Below are positions 1 through 8,462 of a DNA stretch of 41,440 bases, one piece after another. The notes beneath the pieces are model-generated. The model was given only the letters and a program-made list of their open reading frames with translations. It did not search any database and had not been told where the DNA came from. This stretch comes from a virus (Duplodnaviria > Heunggongvirae > Uroviricota > Caudoviricetes): positions 1 to 41,440 of the IMG/VR virus record IMGVR_UViG_3300037245_003487, one strand, 5' to 3'. Both the position numbers and the translations under genes were made by a program. Numbering within the stretch: position 1 is the first letter of the stretch; each line of letters opens with the position of its first letter.

Positions 1-2
1 GC

Positions 3-485
3 TGTAGTTATGAAGGAAGAAAAATTAAATATAACAAGCCTATTTTATTAAAAGAATTTATGTTAAAAAATAAACAGTATGAATATTTTATTAATGGTAA
101 ACAAATTAATGAATATAGTGAATTTGAAAATGATTTGTTCAAAAAAAATAATTTTATTTTTGAAATAAAAGTGAATAATGAAGCTTTCGCAGTATTAGCA
201 GAAATAGGAAAAAATAAAAAAATAAAAAATAAAAATATGTTTATAAGAGTTAATACCTGTAAATGTGGACATAAAAACAATATTTATATTAAAAAATTCA
301 CTTACGTACAATCCAAACCAGAACCAATAAAAGAAGTCAAGGCACTCAAATCAGACTGGTCCATCAAAAAGATCTTACTACTAATAGTGTTATGCTTCGT
401 GGGATTACAATTGGCAACTAAATTAACAACTAAAGTTATTTTAGTACAGGTTAAGAAATGGAAAAAAACCTGGGACGAGGTGTAA
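3..485 (+). CDS. hypothetical protein with C-terminal hydrophobic segment, probably 5'-truncated
   Basis: Frame of track ORF 60..485 stays open back to the window edge (CSYEGRKIKY...); one TM-like stretch ILLLIVLCFVGL. Confidence 0.7.
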   Translation, partial: CSYEGRKIKYNKPILLKEFMLKNKQYEYFINGKQINEYSEFENDLFKKNNFIFEIKVNNEAFAVLAEIGKNKKIKNKNMFIRVNTCKCGHKNNIYIKKFTYVQSKPEPIKEVKALKSDWSIKKILLLIVLCFVGLQLATKLTTKVILVQVKKWKKTWDEV

Positions 486-487
486 GT

Positions 488-895
488 ATGATAGGAAAGT
501 TATTTGAAGATTGTGAGAGATATTGTGGAATTTGGTTTATTATATTTATTATAACAATAGGATTATTGTTTTTATGTAGCTTTGGAATTCAAAGTTTACA
601 TTATTGGGATACATTTACTGCCTTATCTAATTATATAACACTTATAGTTGTGTTTGTGGTATTATTAATATTATACATGTTATCATTTATTATGTATACA
701 ATAGGGATGCAGGAGAATGAAAATTATTTAATATATTACATATCAGTATTTATTTATCTTATAGGATTTATAAATGGAATAGCTTGTATGGGATTTTATA
801 ATATAAATTTTGGAACCTGGATGGCGGGGATAGTTATAACAGGAATAAATGTATGTTTTTTTTCATGGATAATACGATCAATTGATAATTGTTAA
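488..895 (+). CDS. multi-pass membrane protein, unknown function
   Basis: About 4 hydrophobic segments; start moved to ATG 488 after SD-like GAGGTG. Confidence 0.75.
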   Translation: MIGKLFEDCERYCGIWFIIFIITIGLLFLCSFGIQSLHYWDTFTALSNYITLIVVFVVLLILYMLSFIMYTIGMQENENYLIYYISVFIYLIGFINGIACMGFYNINFGTWMAGIVITGINVCFFSWIIRSIDNC

Positions 896-904
896 GGAGG
901 AATT

Positions 905-1072
905 ATGGGCTGGATATTAGTTTATATATTAATAGGAATAATAACAGGAGCACTATTATCAGAAAATGCAACTGAGTTTCTAATGTGTTTAGCTGGATGG
1001 CCATTATTGGCAATTATTTTTATATGGTATTTAATTAGTGAAGTTATAAATTATTTTAAATGTAGATCATAA
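905..1072 (+). CDS. small membrane protein (55 aa), not in ORF track
   Basis: AAGGAGG SD then ATG 905; MGWILVYILIGIITGALL...FKCRS*. Confidence 0.7.
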   Translation: MGWILVYILIGIITGALLSENATEFLMCLAGWPLLAIIFIWYLISEVINYFKCRS

Positions 1073-1086
1073 TACTGGAGAGTTAA

Positions 1087-1518
1087 ATGAAAAATATATT
1101 TTTATTACTTATTACGCTTTCATTAATAGGATGTTACCCATTGCAATTTCAATCAACTGAACGTAGAATAAAAACTTATGTTCAGGAAGTTGAGTTAAAT
1201 GGAATAGATTGTCAGTTAATTGAAGATACGCTTTTATATTTTTGGCCAATAAATTTTAATGATGAATTCACTGGAAAAAACATAAAATATCGTTTATCAT
1301 TAGGTGTTAAGTGGAGAGGCTTAAGATATAAAGTTATAAGTAATGGAAGATATCGTGTTTATGTTAAAACTCATTATGATAAACACACTAAACAGGTTTA
1401 TCTGTATACGTTTCATTGGTCGTTAAGTCTAAAAAAAGTGAAATATATACATATAGAGAAAGAAGTGATGCCTGAAGTAAAACCAGAAAATAGAGGTGAG
1501 GCATGGATAAATATTTAA
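1087..1518 (+). CDS. putative lipoprotein
   Basis: MKNIFLLLITLSLIG-C signal peptide with lipobox-like Cys; GGAGAG SD. Confidence 0.7.
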   Translation: MKNIFLLLITLSLIGCYPLQFQSTERRIKTYVQEVELNGIDCQLIEDTLLYFWPINFNDEFTGKNIKYRLSLGVKWRGLRYKVISNGRYRVYVKTHYDKHTKQVYLYTFHWSLSLKKVKYIHIEKEVMPEVKPENRGEAWINI

Positions 1519-1781
1519 TTAAAGTATTAAAAAAAATGTGCCATATAGTTAATGTTAATTATAATGAAATTAATTTCAAATCACATGATTGGTATTTACA
1601 TCATCAATGGACCAAAGATCAGGAAAATAAATTCAAGAAATGGTTTATTAGAAAATTAAATTGGAATAAAAAAATGAGACAGAGTATAATGAATTTTGAT
1701 TCTAAAAGCAATATTATAGAGACTGTGAATTGGTTTGTATTTATGTACGGATGGAAATATAAGGATAATTATTATGAGTAG
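1503..1781 (+). CDS. hypothetical phage protein
   Basis: 92 aa, GAGGTGAG SD, Trp-rich, overlaps neighbours. Confidence 0.75.
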   Translation: MDKYLIKVLKKMCHIVNVNYNEINFKSHDWYLHHQWTKDQENKFKKWFIRKLNWNKKMRQSIMNFDSKSNIIETVNWFVFMYGWKYKDNYYE

Positions 1782-1965
1782 TAGAATAGGTGAATTTAAG
1801 GATATAATAATAAATAAATTTTATGGTGGAGATAATAGAGGAACCTGTATATAAATAACCAGAGAAACTGATAACTTCAAAAATGATCCGTTTTTTGATT
1901 ATCTACAATTCACAAAAGAAGAGGTCGAATTTATAATTGAAACATTACAAGATAATTTTTTGTAA
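1774..1965 (+). pseudogene. 63-codon ORF interrupted by an in-frame TAA at 1852-1854
   Basis: MSSRIGEFKDIIINKFYGGDNRGTCI*ITRETDNFKNDPFFDYLQFTKEEVEFIIETLQDNFL*; frame continues open after the stop and fills the intergenic gap. Confidence 0.6.
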
Positions 1966-2011
1966 TTTTAATGTAAAAACTATTTACTTTTTAGATTTAA
2001 TTTGATATAAA
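1960..2011 (+). promoter_or_regulatory. sigma70-like promoter with conserved upstream tandem boxes
   Basis: TTGTAA-N6-TGTAAA-N5-TTTACT-N17-TATAAA with TG extended -10. Confidence 0.75.
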
Positions 2012-2023
2012 TAAGGAGATTGA

Positions 2024-2230
2024 GTGTTTATATTACTCGAGACTTTAGATGATTGTCGATTTTTAACTAGACATTTAACCAAGATAGATTGTGATAACTG
2101 TCTTGATTTAAATAAAATATGCCCTGGAAAAGGCAATGTTATGAGTGAATTTAGGTTTAATACAAAACAAGAATTACTCGAAGGAGTGATTCAATTAACA
2201 GGAGGATTAAATGAAAACAAAAATAATTAA
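2024..2230 (+). CDS. small Cys-containing hypothetical protein
   Basis: GTG start after AAGGAG; CxxC motif. Confidence 0.7.
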   Translation: MFILLETLDDCRFLTRHLTKIDCDNCLDLNKICPGKGNVMSEFRFNTKQELLEGVIQLTGGLNENKNN

Positions 2231-2423
2231 ATGGGTTTTATTTCTAATTTTAATGGGGTTATTAACAATACTGCCATATGTAGGTTTTATCGTCAGTAAG
2301 TTATTGGCTTTATTAGGTGTTTTATTATTAATAGTTTTATTTGGATTAGATTTTTTTAATAAAATTTTTACAGCAATTAAAAACTTTTTTATTAAAATTA
2401 AAAATTTCTTTATAAGGAAATGA
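2211..2423 (+). CDS. small membrane protein
   Basis: Two hydrophobic segments; GGAGG SD. Confidence 0.75.
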   Translation: MKTKIIKWVLFLILMGLLTILPYVGFIVSKLLALLGVLLLIVLFGLDFFNKIFTAIKNFFIKIKNFFIRK

Positions 2424-2424
2424 T

Positions 2425-2982
2425 ATGAACTTTCTATTTAAAAAAATAAAAGGAACATGGCGTGATGTTGGTGATTCAGCAAGGACTACTGTTAATATGA
2501 AGCCTGGGACCAAAGAACCTTCATCTGATTGGAAACGTAAAATGCTTTTAGCAGAACATTCTCCAATTAGACAAATTATCGTAAAAGGCATTTGGGGGGA
2601 CTTGAAGTCCTGGGTTTCAGTGCATCTCGTAAGGCATTGGCTTGGAATAGTTCATTGGGTTAGATCTCAAAGATCAGATCGTACTGGAGTGAACCGAGAT
2701 GAGTTAAGGCAAGATGCTTTAGTTGAACATGAAATTGAAGTAAATGCACAGGCAATGATAAATATATCTCGTAAGAGACTGTGTAATTGTGCTTCAAAGG
2801 AAACCAGAGAAGCCTGGAAAGATGTGGTAGAGTCTATTAAAAATGCAGAGCCAGAACTTTATAGATGTTGCGTGAGGGATTGTGTTTACAGATCTCATTG
2901 CTATGAAATAAAATCTTGTAATTATCATAAAACATGGGAATTCCAAGAGGAATTAAAAGATTACCGTGATGGTATAAATTAA
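2425..2982 (+). CDS. thyX: FAD-dependent thymidylate synthase-like protein (ThyX/Thy1 family, phage-type variant)
   Basis: LLAEHSPIR, SWVSVHLVRH...VRSQRSDRTG, NAQAMINISRKRLC motifs; RH-to-SxR spacing is one residue longer than canonical RHRxxSxxxxSxR. Confidence 0.75.
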   Translation: MNFLFKKIKGTWRDVGDSARTTVNMKPGTKEPSSDWKRKMLLAEHSPIRQIIVKGIWGDLKSWVSVHLVRHWLGIVHWVRSQRSDRTGVNRDELRQDALVEHEIEVNAQAMINISRKRLCNCASKETREAWKDVVESIKNAEPELYRCCVRDCVYRSHCYEIKSCNYHKTWEFQEELKDYRDGIN

Positions 2983-2993
2983 AGGAGGATATT

Positions 2994-3311
2994 ATGTTAG
3001 ATTTTTATATTTATTTTGCACTAGGACTTATCGCAAGTTATATGATATTTATAATAGGCGTTGGCGCTTATTTGCTCTACCTACAAGCGGTATCTTATAT
3101 TAAAGATGAGGAATTTGAGTTTCCAAAATGGCTAATGGATGGCGACTCTTATTCAAGTCAATGCTGGATAGGGTATACGCTTTTAGTTGTTGTATTTTTA
3201 AGCTTTTTATGGCCATTAGCTTTAATAGGTTTTACTGGATGGGGAATTCTTCGTTTATTAAGAAGTGTTTATAGATTAAAAGTTAAAGTAGATAAATTGG
3301 AGGCAAAATAA
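2994..3311 (+). CDS. 2-TM membrane protein, paralog family A
   Basis: FLWP motif and LRSVYRLKVKVDKLE tail shared with 3311, 4321, 6636. Confidence 0.8.
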   Translation: MLDFYIYFALGLIASYMIFIIGVGAYLLYLQAVSYIKDEEFEFPKWLMDGDSYSSQCWIGYTLLVVVFLSFLWPLALIGFTGWGILRLLRSVYRLKVKVDKLEAK

Positions 3312-3640
3312 TGTGGTATGTAGCAGGAATGATTATTGGTTTTATGGCTTTGGGTGCATCATTAATATTGTATGGGATTATATGTTTTGCGTATTTTTTT
3401 GTGAGCTTTATAAATAGAACTGAGGTTAAATTTCCTAATTATATTAATAAGTTAAACAAGGAGGCTGGATATGATGTACCACCTTTAATAGTTGTTTATT
3501 TATTTATTGGTTTTTGTGGTACATTAATATGGCCTATTGGTATTATAGCTGGAATAGTTACAGTTATAATGTTTGCACTAAGAAGTGTTAATGATATTAA
3601 AGTTAAATTAAAGGAATTAGAGGGAAACAATGAAAAATAA
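3311..3640 (+). CDS. 2-TM membrane protein, paralog family A
   Basis: LIWP motif, LRSVNDIKVKLKELE tail. Confidence 0.8.
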   Translation: MWYVAGMIIGFMALGASLILYGIICFAYFFVSFINRTEVKFPNYINKLNKEAGYDVPPLIVVYLFIGFCGTLIWPIGIIAGIVTVIMFALRSVNDIKVKLKELEGNNEK

Positions 3641-3911
3641 TACACAAGATCAAATTGAATTATTATTTAATAATTTTAAAGATTTTCTCAAGGAAAAAAA
3701 TAGGCGTTATGGTGATTCTGCAATAAGCCCAGTTAAAGTATTTAGCAGAGTTGAAACATCAGGTCAATTATGTAATAGATTGGATGATAAATTAAGTAGA
3801 ATTAAAAATTCCGATGAATTAAAGAAGAATGATATAGCCGATGTATTTGGTTATACCGCCCTTCTTCTGATACAAATGGGGTGGACTGATTTTGAGGAGC
3901 TGTTAGATTGA
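3630..3911 (+). CDS. DUF1599 / nucleotide modification associated domain 1-like protein
   Basis: KNRRYGDS...RLDDKLSRI...DVFGY pattern. Confidence 0.75.
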   Translation: MKNNTQDQIELLFNNFKDFLKEKNRRYGDSAISPVKVFSRVETSGQLCNRLDDKLSRIKNSDELKKNDIADVFGYTALLLIQMGWTDFEELLD

Positions 3912-4237
3912 AAACAGTATATATTTTTGGTCCCATGAGCGGATATAAAAACTATAACTTCCTGAATTTCTTCAGAGCAGAGCGAGATTTAATAAAGAAA
4001 GGCTACGAAGTTATTAATCCTGCTCGTGAAGCTTTTGCAATGAAGTCAATCCATGATTATAAAGACTTTAAGGTTATTGATTTAATCAAATTAATACGCC
4101 AAGATGTTAATTGCATAATGAATTATAGCGATGCTCTGTATGGCCTAAAAGGATGGGAATACTCTACGGGCGCACAAGCAGAACATGCTTTAGGTAAATG
4201 GTGTAAAAAAGAAATTTATTATCAGAGTACGTTATAA
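3908..4237 (+). CDS. DUF4406-family protein (nucleoside 2-deoxyribosyltransferase-like fold)
   Basis: VYIFGPMSG...NF..F..AE..L...GYEVINPA...LKGWEYSTGAQAE. Confidence 0.8.
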   Translation: MKTVYIFGPMSGYKNYNFLNFFRAERDLIKKGYEVINPAREAFAMKSIHDYKDFKVIDLIKLIRQDVNCIMNYSDALYGLKGWEYSTGAQAEHALGKWCKKEIYYQSTL

Positions 4238-4241
4238 AAAA

Positions 4242-4293
4242 TAGTAAATAATATGTAAAAAGTATTTACTTTTCTATTTAAAAAGTATATAAG
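4242..4293 (+). promoter_or_regulatory. sigma70-like promoter with conserved upstream tandem boxes
   Basis: TAGTAA-N6-TGTAAA-N5-TTTACT-N17-TATAAG. Confidence 0.7.
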
Positions 4294-4320
4294 TATTTAA
4301 TCAAATTAAAGGAGGATTAT

Positions 4321-4701
4321 ATGTTAAATTTATATTTATTTATTTGTACTGTAATGTGTTTTATCTGGAGTGGATTCACTATTTTTCTTTCATTATTAAT
4401 GATAAAAAATAAATGTGCATCATATATTAATGATGAAGAATATCAATTACCAAAAACTATTCAGGGCATGAAACACTTTGGGCCAATTAGTTATTTTAGC
4501 GACTCAGAGGAATGTTTTTCTAGCCATTTTTTTCTAAATTTAATTATGATGGGTGTATTTTATAATGTAATTATATGTTTTTTATGGCCTATATCCGTAT
4601 TGATATTTGTGCCTTGGGGAATACTTTATGTATTAAGATCATTAAAAAGATTAAATAAAAAAATAAATACAATATCAGAAAATTGTAAAAATTGTGAATA
4701 G
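4321..4701 (+). CDS. 2-TM membrane protein, paralog family A
   Basis: FLWP motif, WGILYVLRSLKRLNKKI tail. Confidence 0.8.
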   Translation: MLNLYLFICTVMCFIWSGFTIFLSLLMIKNKCASYINDEEYQLPKTIQGMKHFGPISYFSDSEECFSSHFFLNLIMMGVFYNVIICFLWPISVLIFVPWGILYVLRSLKRLNKKINTISENCKNCE

Positions 4702-4710
4702 GAGGATAAA

Positions 4711-5352
4711 ATGCAAAAACTGTTAATTATAATATGTCTACTTATAACAATGGGGCTATTCTCAGAAGTTGTATTAGATGTCAATGGAAAACAAGTTTTT
4801 TTCAATGAAAAAAAATATCAGCAATTAGTTGATAAATATGAATCTCTTTATGTAGCTAAAAGTGAAAAGCTTTTAAAGAAAATAGTTACAGCTAAAAATG
4901 CGATGTTAGATGCAAGACATGAAAAAGAAGTAGCTTATAATGATAGAGATAAAAAGTGGAAAGCTAAAAAAATAGCTGAGAAAAATGTAGATCTCACTAA
5001 GGAAAAACTTTATCGAGTATGTAGTTTAATTGAAGATCTAAGGCTTGATATAAATGAGCTTAGAGTTTATCTTTATTTTAAACTTAAAATTGAAGCAGAT
5101 GTAGTTCTATTAATTGAGATTCTTGATGGTAAATGGAATTATCTAACTAAAAGAGAGTCTATTTTAAGGGATAGTCTAGCTAAATATGAGGCTGTGTATA
5201 AGATAAAAACCGATGAACATAAAAAATGTGATGATTATTTTCAGTACAGAGTCAGAGTATACAATTACAAGGTTTATCAACTCACAGAATTAGATAAACA
5301 ACTTATATCTCTGCATGAATTTATTAAAGAAAATTATGAGGAGTTAAAATGA
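4711..5352 (+). CDS. secreted/anchored coiled-coil protein
   Basis: N-terminal signal-like segment then long K/E-rich helical sequence. Confidence 0.75.
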   Translation: MQKLLIIICLLITMGLFSEVVLDVNGKQVFFNEKKYQQLVDKYESLYVAKSEKLLKKIVTAKNAMLDARHEKEVAYNDRDKKWKAKKIAEKNVDLTKEKLYRVCSLIEDLRLDINELRVYLYFKLKIEADVVLLIEILDGKWNYLTKRESILRDSLAKYEAVYKIKTDEHKKCDDYFQYRVRVYNYKVYQLTELDKQLISLHEFIKENYEELK

Positions 5353-5675
5353 AATGGATAATATTTGTATTACTGATATTAATATTTGTAAGTTGTGAAT
5401 ATATTTTACAATGTCCAAATGATAAAATGGCTGGTGTTTGGAAGTATGAAAATGAGAATAATGATGAGCAATACATCTTTAATGATGTAGATAACTTCTG
5501 TGAATATATCAGAGTAGCTGAATATCATTACTTATGGTCATTAAAAGGTGGTAAAATAACATTGCAGCCATGTACAAGCGTGGGATTAAAGCTAGATTCA
5601 ATGCCAAGGACTTATGATATTGAAATAAATAAAAACTATTTAATTATAGATGGTAAAAAATATACAAGGAGATAA
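5349..5675 (+). CDS. putative lipoprotein
   Basis: MKWIIFVLLILIFVS-C; GVWKY motif suggests a small beta-barrel domain. Confidence 0.7.
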   Translation: MKWIIFVLLILIFVSCEYILQCPNDKMAGVWKYENENNDEQYIFNDVDNFCEYIRVAEYHYLWSLKGGKITLQPCTSVGLKLDSMPRTYDIEINKNYLIIDGKKYTRR

Positions 5676-5677
5676 TT

Positions 5678-6007
5678 ATGAATGGAAAAATAGATAAAAA
5701 TGGAGAGGAAATTCTTAATCCATCAGAGGAGCAAAAAAAGGATTTTGAAAACTTAGAATGTATAGGATCAGTATTAATTGAAGTAAAAATAACTAGTGAA
5801 AATGAAGAAAGTTTTAGAACTTCGATGAATACTGAAGTAAAAAATGTATCTACATCTCAATTAGTAATCATTGGAAATAAAATTCATAAAGAAATTCAGA
5901 AAAAAGTATTTAAAAATGACGGAGGAGATCCTTCAATTATGGGATTTCTTAAATATCTAAAAGGAGAAGCTGATGAAAAAACTACTGATAATAATACTGT
6001 TAATTAG
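5678..6007 (+). CDS. hypothetical protein
   Basis: 109 aa, AGGAG SD, in operon. Confidence 0.75.
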   Translation: MNGKIDKNGEEILNPSEEQKKDFENLECIGSVLIEVKITSENEESFRTSMNTEVKNVSTSQLVIIGNKIHKEIQKKVFKNDGGDPSIMGFLKYLKGEADEKTTDNNTVN

Positions 6008-6389
6008 TTTATCTTTCGCTTTAATGGCGAGTGAGAATGATTTTCGTAGAAATGTTTTGTTAGATAACAACCTACGAAACGTAAAATTCTTCAAATCTGC
6101 AATTGCATTAAATATAATTGGATCGTCAATGGTTTTAATTGGCTTACCAATGCTGGCAGTTGGAAGTTATTACATGGATAAAACACCTGTTGATTACATG
6201 AAGTTGATCTTTGCTATTGGATGTACTGCGTTTATTACAGGAATTTTACTGGATTTAGTAAGTGTGATTTATTTCGTTGCTTCTGGAAAACCATTAAGGG
6301 AATTTAAGAAGAAAATGAAAAGAAAATTGCAGTTAAAAAAACAAAAAGGTCCGAATATTAAATTTGGAGTGAGGTTTGATTATGAATGA
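5973..6389 (+). CDS. signal-peptide membrane protein
   Basis: Signal peptide, two further TM segments, basic C-terminus. Confidence 0.75.
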   Translation: MKKLLIIILLISLSFALMASENDFRRNVLLDNNLRNVKFFKSAIALNIIGSSMVLIGLPMLAVGSYYMDKTPVDYMKLIFAIGCTAFITGILLDLVSVIYFVASGKPLREFKKKMKRKLQLKKQKGPNIKFGVRFDYE

Positions 6390-6639
6390 TATTTTAGGTA
6401 GAGAAATAAAAATCGATGATTTTATTATTTATGCAACATATAGGAAAACAATCGCAATAGGTAAAGTTTTAGAGTTTGTTGAAACAGAAATAAGGCCTGG
6501 TTATAATATAAAAGAAATTATACTAAAAGGAATTGGTCCTAGAAAAAGTAAAATAAACTTTGAATCCTGGAGAATTGTTTTAGTTGATAAAAAAAATATA
6601 CCAAAAGAATATTTAGAAAAAATGGAGGAAAAAATATGA
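6376..6639 (+). CDS. hypothetical phage protein (small beta/SH3-like domain)
   Basis: DILGREIKIDDFIIYA pattern common in phage small proteins. Confidence 0.7.
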   Translation: MIMNDILGREIKIDDFIIYATYRKTIAIGKVLEFVETEIRPGYNIKEIILKGIGPRKSKINFESWRIVLVDKKNIPKEYLEKMEEKI

Positions 6640-6992
6640 CTGAAGAATTATATTTTACAATAGGATTTAAAATAGCATTTATATTAACATCAATATATGG
6701 AATACTACCATTAAGCTTAATAATAGCTAAATGTAAAGCTTTTTTATTCGATGAAAGGTATGAGGCTTTTGAGATAACTTATTGGATACCGTGGATTGAA
6801 GTTGGGTGCTTTGACTTTGCTTGGGATTTTTGGTCATCTATGGGTATTGGCGCAGCGTTATTATTTATAACATTTTTGGGTTGGATCATAGTTTTTCCTA
6901 TAGCCATATTGTTATTAGTTACAATAGTTCCGCTTTACATAGCTAGAGCTATAATAAGATTAAATAAAAGAGTAAAAAAACTGGAGGATTAA
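6636..6992 (+). CDS. 2-TM membrane protein, paralog family A (divergent)
   Basis: CKAFLFDERYE linker and RAIIRLNKRVKKLED tail align by eye with 2994/4321. Confidence 0.7.
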   Translation: MTEELYFTIGFKIAFILTSIYGILPLSLIIAKCKAFLFDERYEAFEITYWIPWIEVGCFDFAWDFWSSMGIGAALLFITFLGWIIVFPIAILLLVTIVPLYIARAIIRLNKRVKKLED

Positions 6993-7460
6993 ATGAAAAA
7001 AATAAACTGGATTATAATAATTGTGCTTATAACACTTATGAGTTGTATTTACCCATGGGTTCCAGAGGATAACAGTGGAGTTAGAGGTGATTTATCTACA
7101 GATGTTATAGTCGTGACTGCAACACCATCACCAACTTCTACTGCTACTCCAACCGCAACTGCTACTCCAACAATTGATTTACCATGTATCTTAGGTATGT
7201 GGCAAAGAACAGGATCAACAGGATCGATAGCAACTTATAATTTTAGAAGATGGAAAAATGGTTATTATAGAAGAATAAATTCAAGTAGGGATAAAGATGT
7301 TACTGGATCTTGGTCTATAGTGAATGAAAAACAAATAAGATTACATGAAGATGGATTATATAGTATGGTATTTGATCTCACATGCGATGGACAATCGATT
7401 TGGCTTAGAAATACAACTGCTGGAAGTGACAATCATGCTTACAAATTTAATAAAATGTAG
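6993..7460 (+). CDS. putative lipoprotein with Thr/Pro-rich linker
   Basis: LITLMS-C lipobox-like; TATPSPTSTATPTATATPT; ILGMWQ beta-domain start. Confidence 0.75.
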   Translation: MKKINWIIIIVLITLMSCIYPWVPEDNSGVRGDLSTDVIVVTATPSPTSTATPTATATPTIDLPCILGMWQRTGSTGSIATYNFRRWKNGYYRRINSSRDKDVTGSWSIVNEKQIRLHEDGLYSMVFDLTCDGQSIWLRNTTAGSDNHAYKFNKM

Positions 7461-7785
7461 TTTAGTTCTATTACTCCTTATGTCATGTACAGGTGAATAT
7501 ATGGAGATTTATCTTTACGAGCATAAAGAATACAAGATGTATATCAATGATTGTTATATAGGTAATACGGTTTATAACCTTAATAAAGGTAGAAGAATTT
7601 TTAGATTCACAGTTGATAAAAATAGAGAAGGTAGATTATACGATGACATCATATACCTGGATAACTTTATTTCACCTATTAAAACTATAATTGTAAAAAA
7701 TTTGAAAATAAAGTTTACATACACAGAAGATTGTGGTAAAGTAATAATAACTTATATAAAAGTTAGGGAGATTGATAATGAGTAA
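7435..7785 (+). CDS. putative lipoprotein
   Basis: In-frame ATG 7435 gives MLTNLIKCSLVLLLLMS-C. Confidence 0.6.
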   Translation: MLTNLIKCSLVLLLLMSCTGEYMEIYLYEHKEYKMYINDCYIGNTVYNLNKGRRIFRFTVDKNREGRLYDDIIYLDNFISPIKTIIVKNLKIKFTYTEDCGKVIITYIKVREIDNE

Positions 7786-8041
7786 TACAATAGATAAACG
7801 ATTAATTAAATTCTGGCAATGGATGGAAGTCAATGAATATGGTATTATAATGGATGAAGGAAATTATTTTATAGATAAAAATGGTGATCCTACGTTGCCT
7901 ACGGATATAATGTTAATGGGGAGTTTGATTCGATATATGGTAGAACATATGGGGCCTACATATCATCTTATGTCATTAACAGGCACGTGTAATGTAGATA
8001 ATGAAATTGAGTGTTTAAAAATTGCTATAGGAGGTATGTAG
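7772..8041 (+). CDS. hypothetical phage protein, paralog of 16698..16979
   Basis: KFWQWME...G and MLMGSLIRYM match KFWEWME...G and MLIGYMYEY. Confidence 0.75.
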   Translation: MIMSNTIDKRLIKFWQWMEVNEYGIIMDEGNYFIDKNGDPTLPTDIMLMGSLIRYMVEHMGPTYHLMSLTGTCNVDNEIECLKIAIGGM

Positions 8042-8187
8042 TGGGAATTAAAGGTAAGGGTAATAAAAATAAGCCTTGTAAAATTAGATATAAAAATGAG
8101 GAAAGGTGGAAAAAAAATAAAGCAAGAAAGAAAGCAAAACATGCCAGAAAACTTGCAAAACAAAAAGCCAGAAGGGAAGCAAAATGA
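8041..8187 (+). CDS. small highly basic protein (48 aa), not in ORF track
   Basis: GGAGG SD, GTG start, K/R-rich, TGA overlaps next ATG. Confidence 0.65.
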   Translation: MGIKGKGNKNKPCKIRYKNEERWKKNKARKKAKHARKLAKQKARREAK

Positions 8188-8459
8188 TTTTAATACTAAA
8201 TAATATGTTGGTGGATTTAGATTATATTGTCAGTATAACCAATGATTATCTTGATGAAATTAGAATGGTGGACACAAATGGAAATGACTTAAGTTTTGAT
8301 TGTGATCCAAGTGGAAAAGCAAAAGATGAAATTTGCACAGAAGTTTTTGAAAAAATCAAAGAGGTTTATAGAAAAAAATATGATAGCGATATTACAATAG
8401 CAGAAATTACTGTTAAAGCCAATGAAGTCACATTAGAATTTTTAAAAGATCTTGATTAA
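8184..8459 (+). CDS. acidic hypothetical protein
   Basis: 91 aa, ATGA overlap with upstream gene. Confidence 0.75.
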   Translation: MILILNNMLVDLDYIVSITNDYLDEIRMVDTNGNDLSFDCDPSGKAKDEICTEVFEKIKEVYRKKYDSDITIAEITVKANEVTLEFLKDLD

Positions 8460-8462
8460 GGA

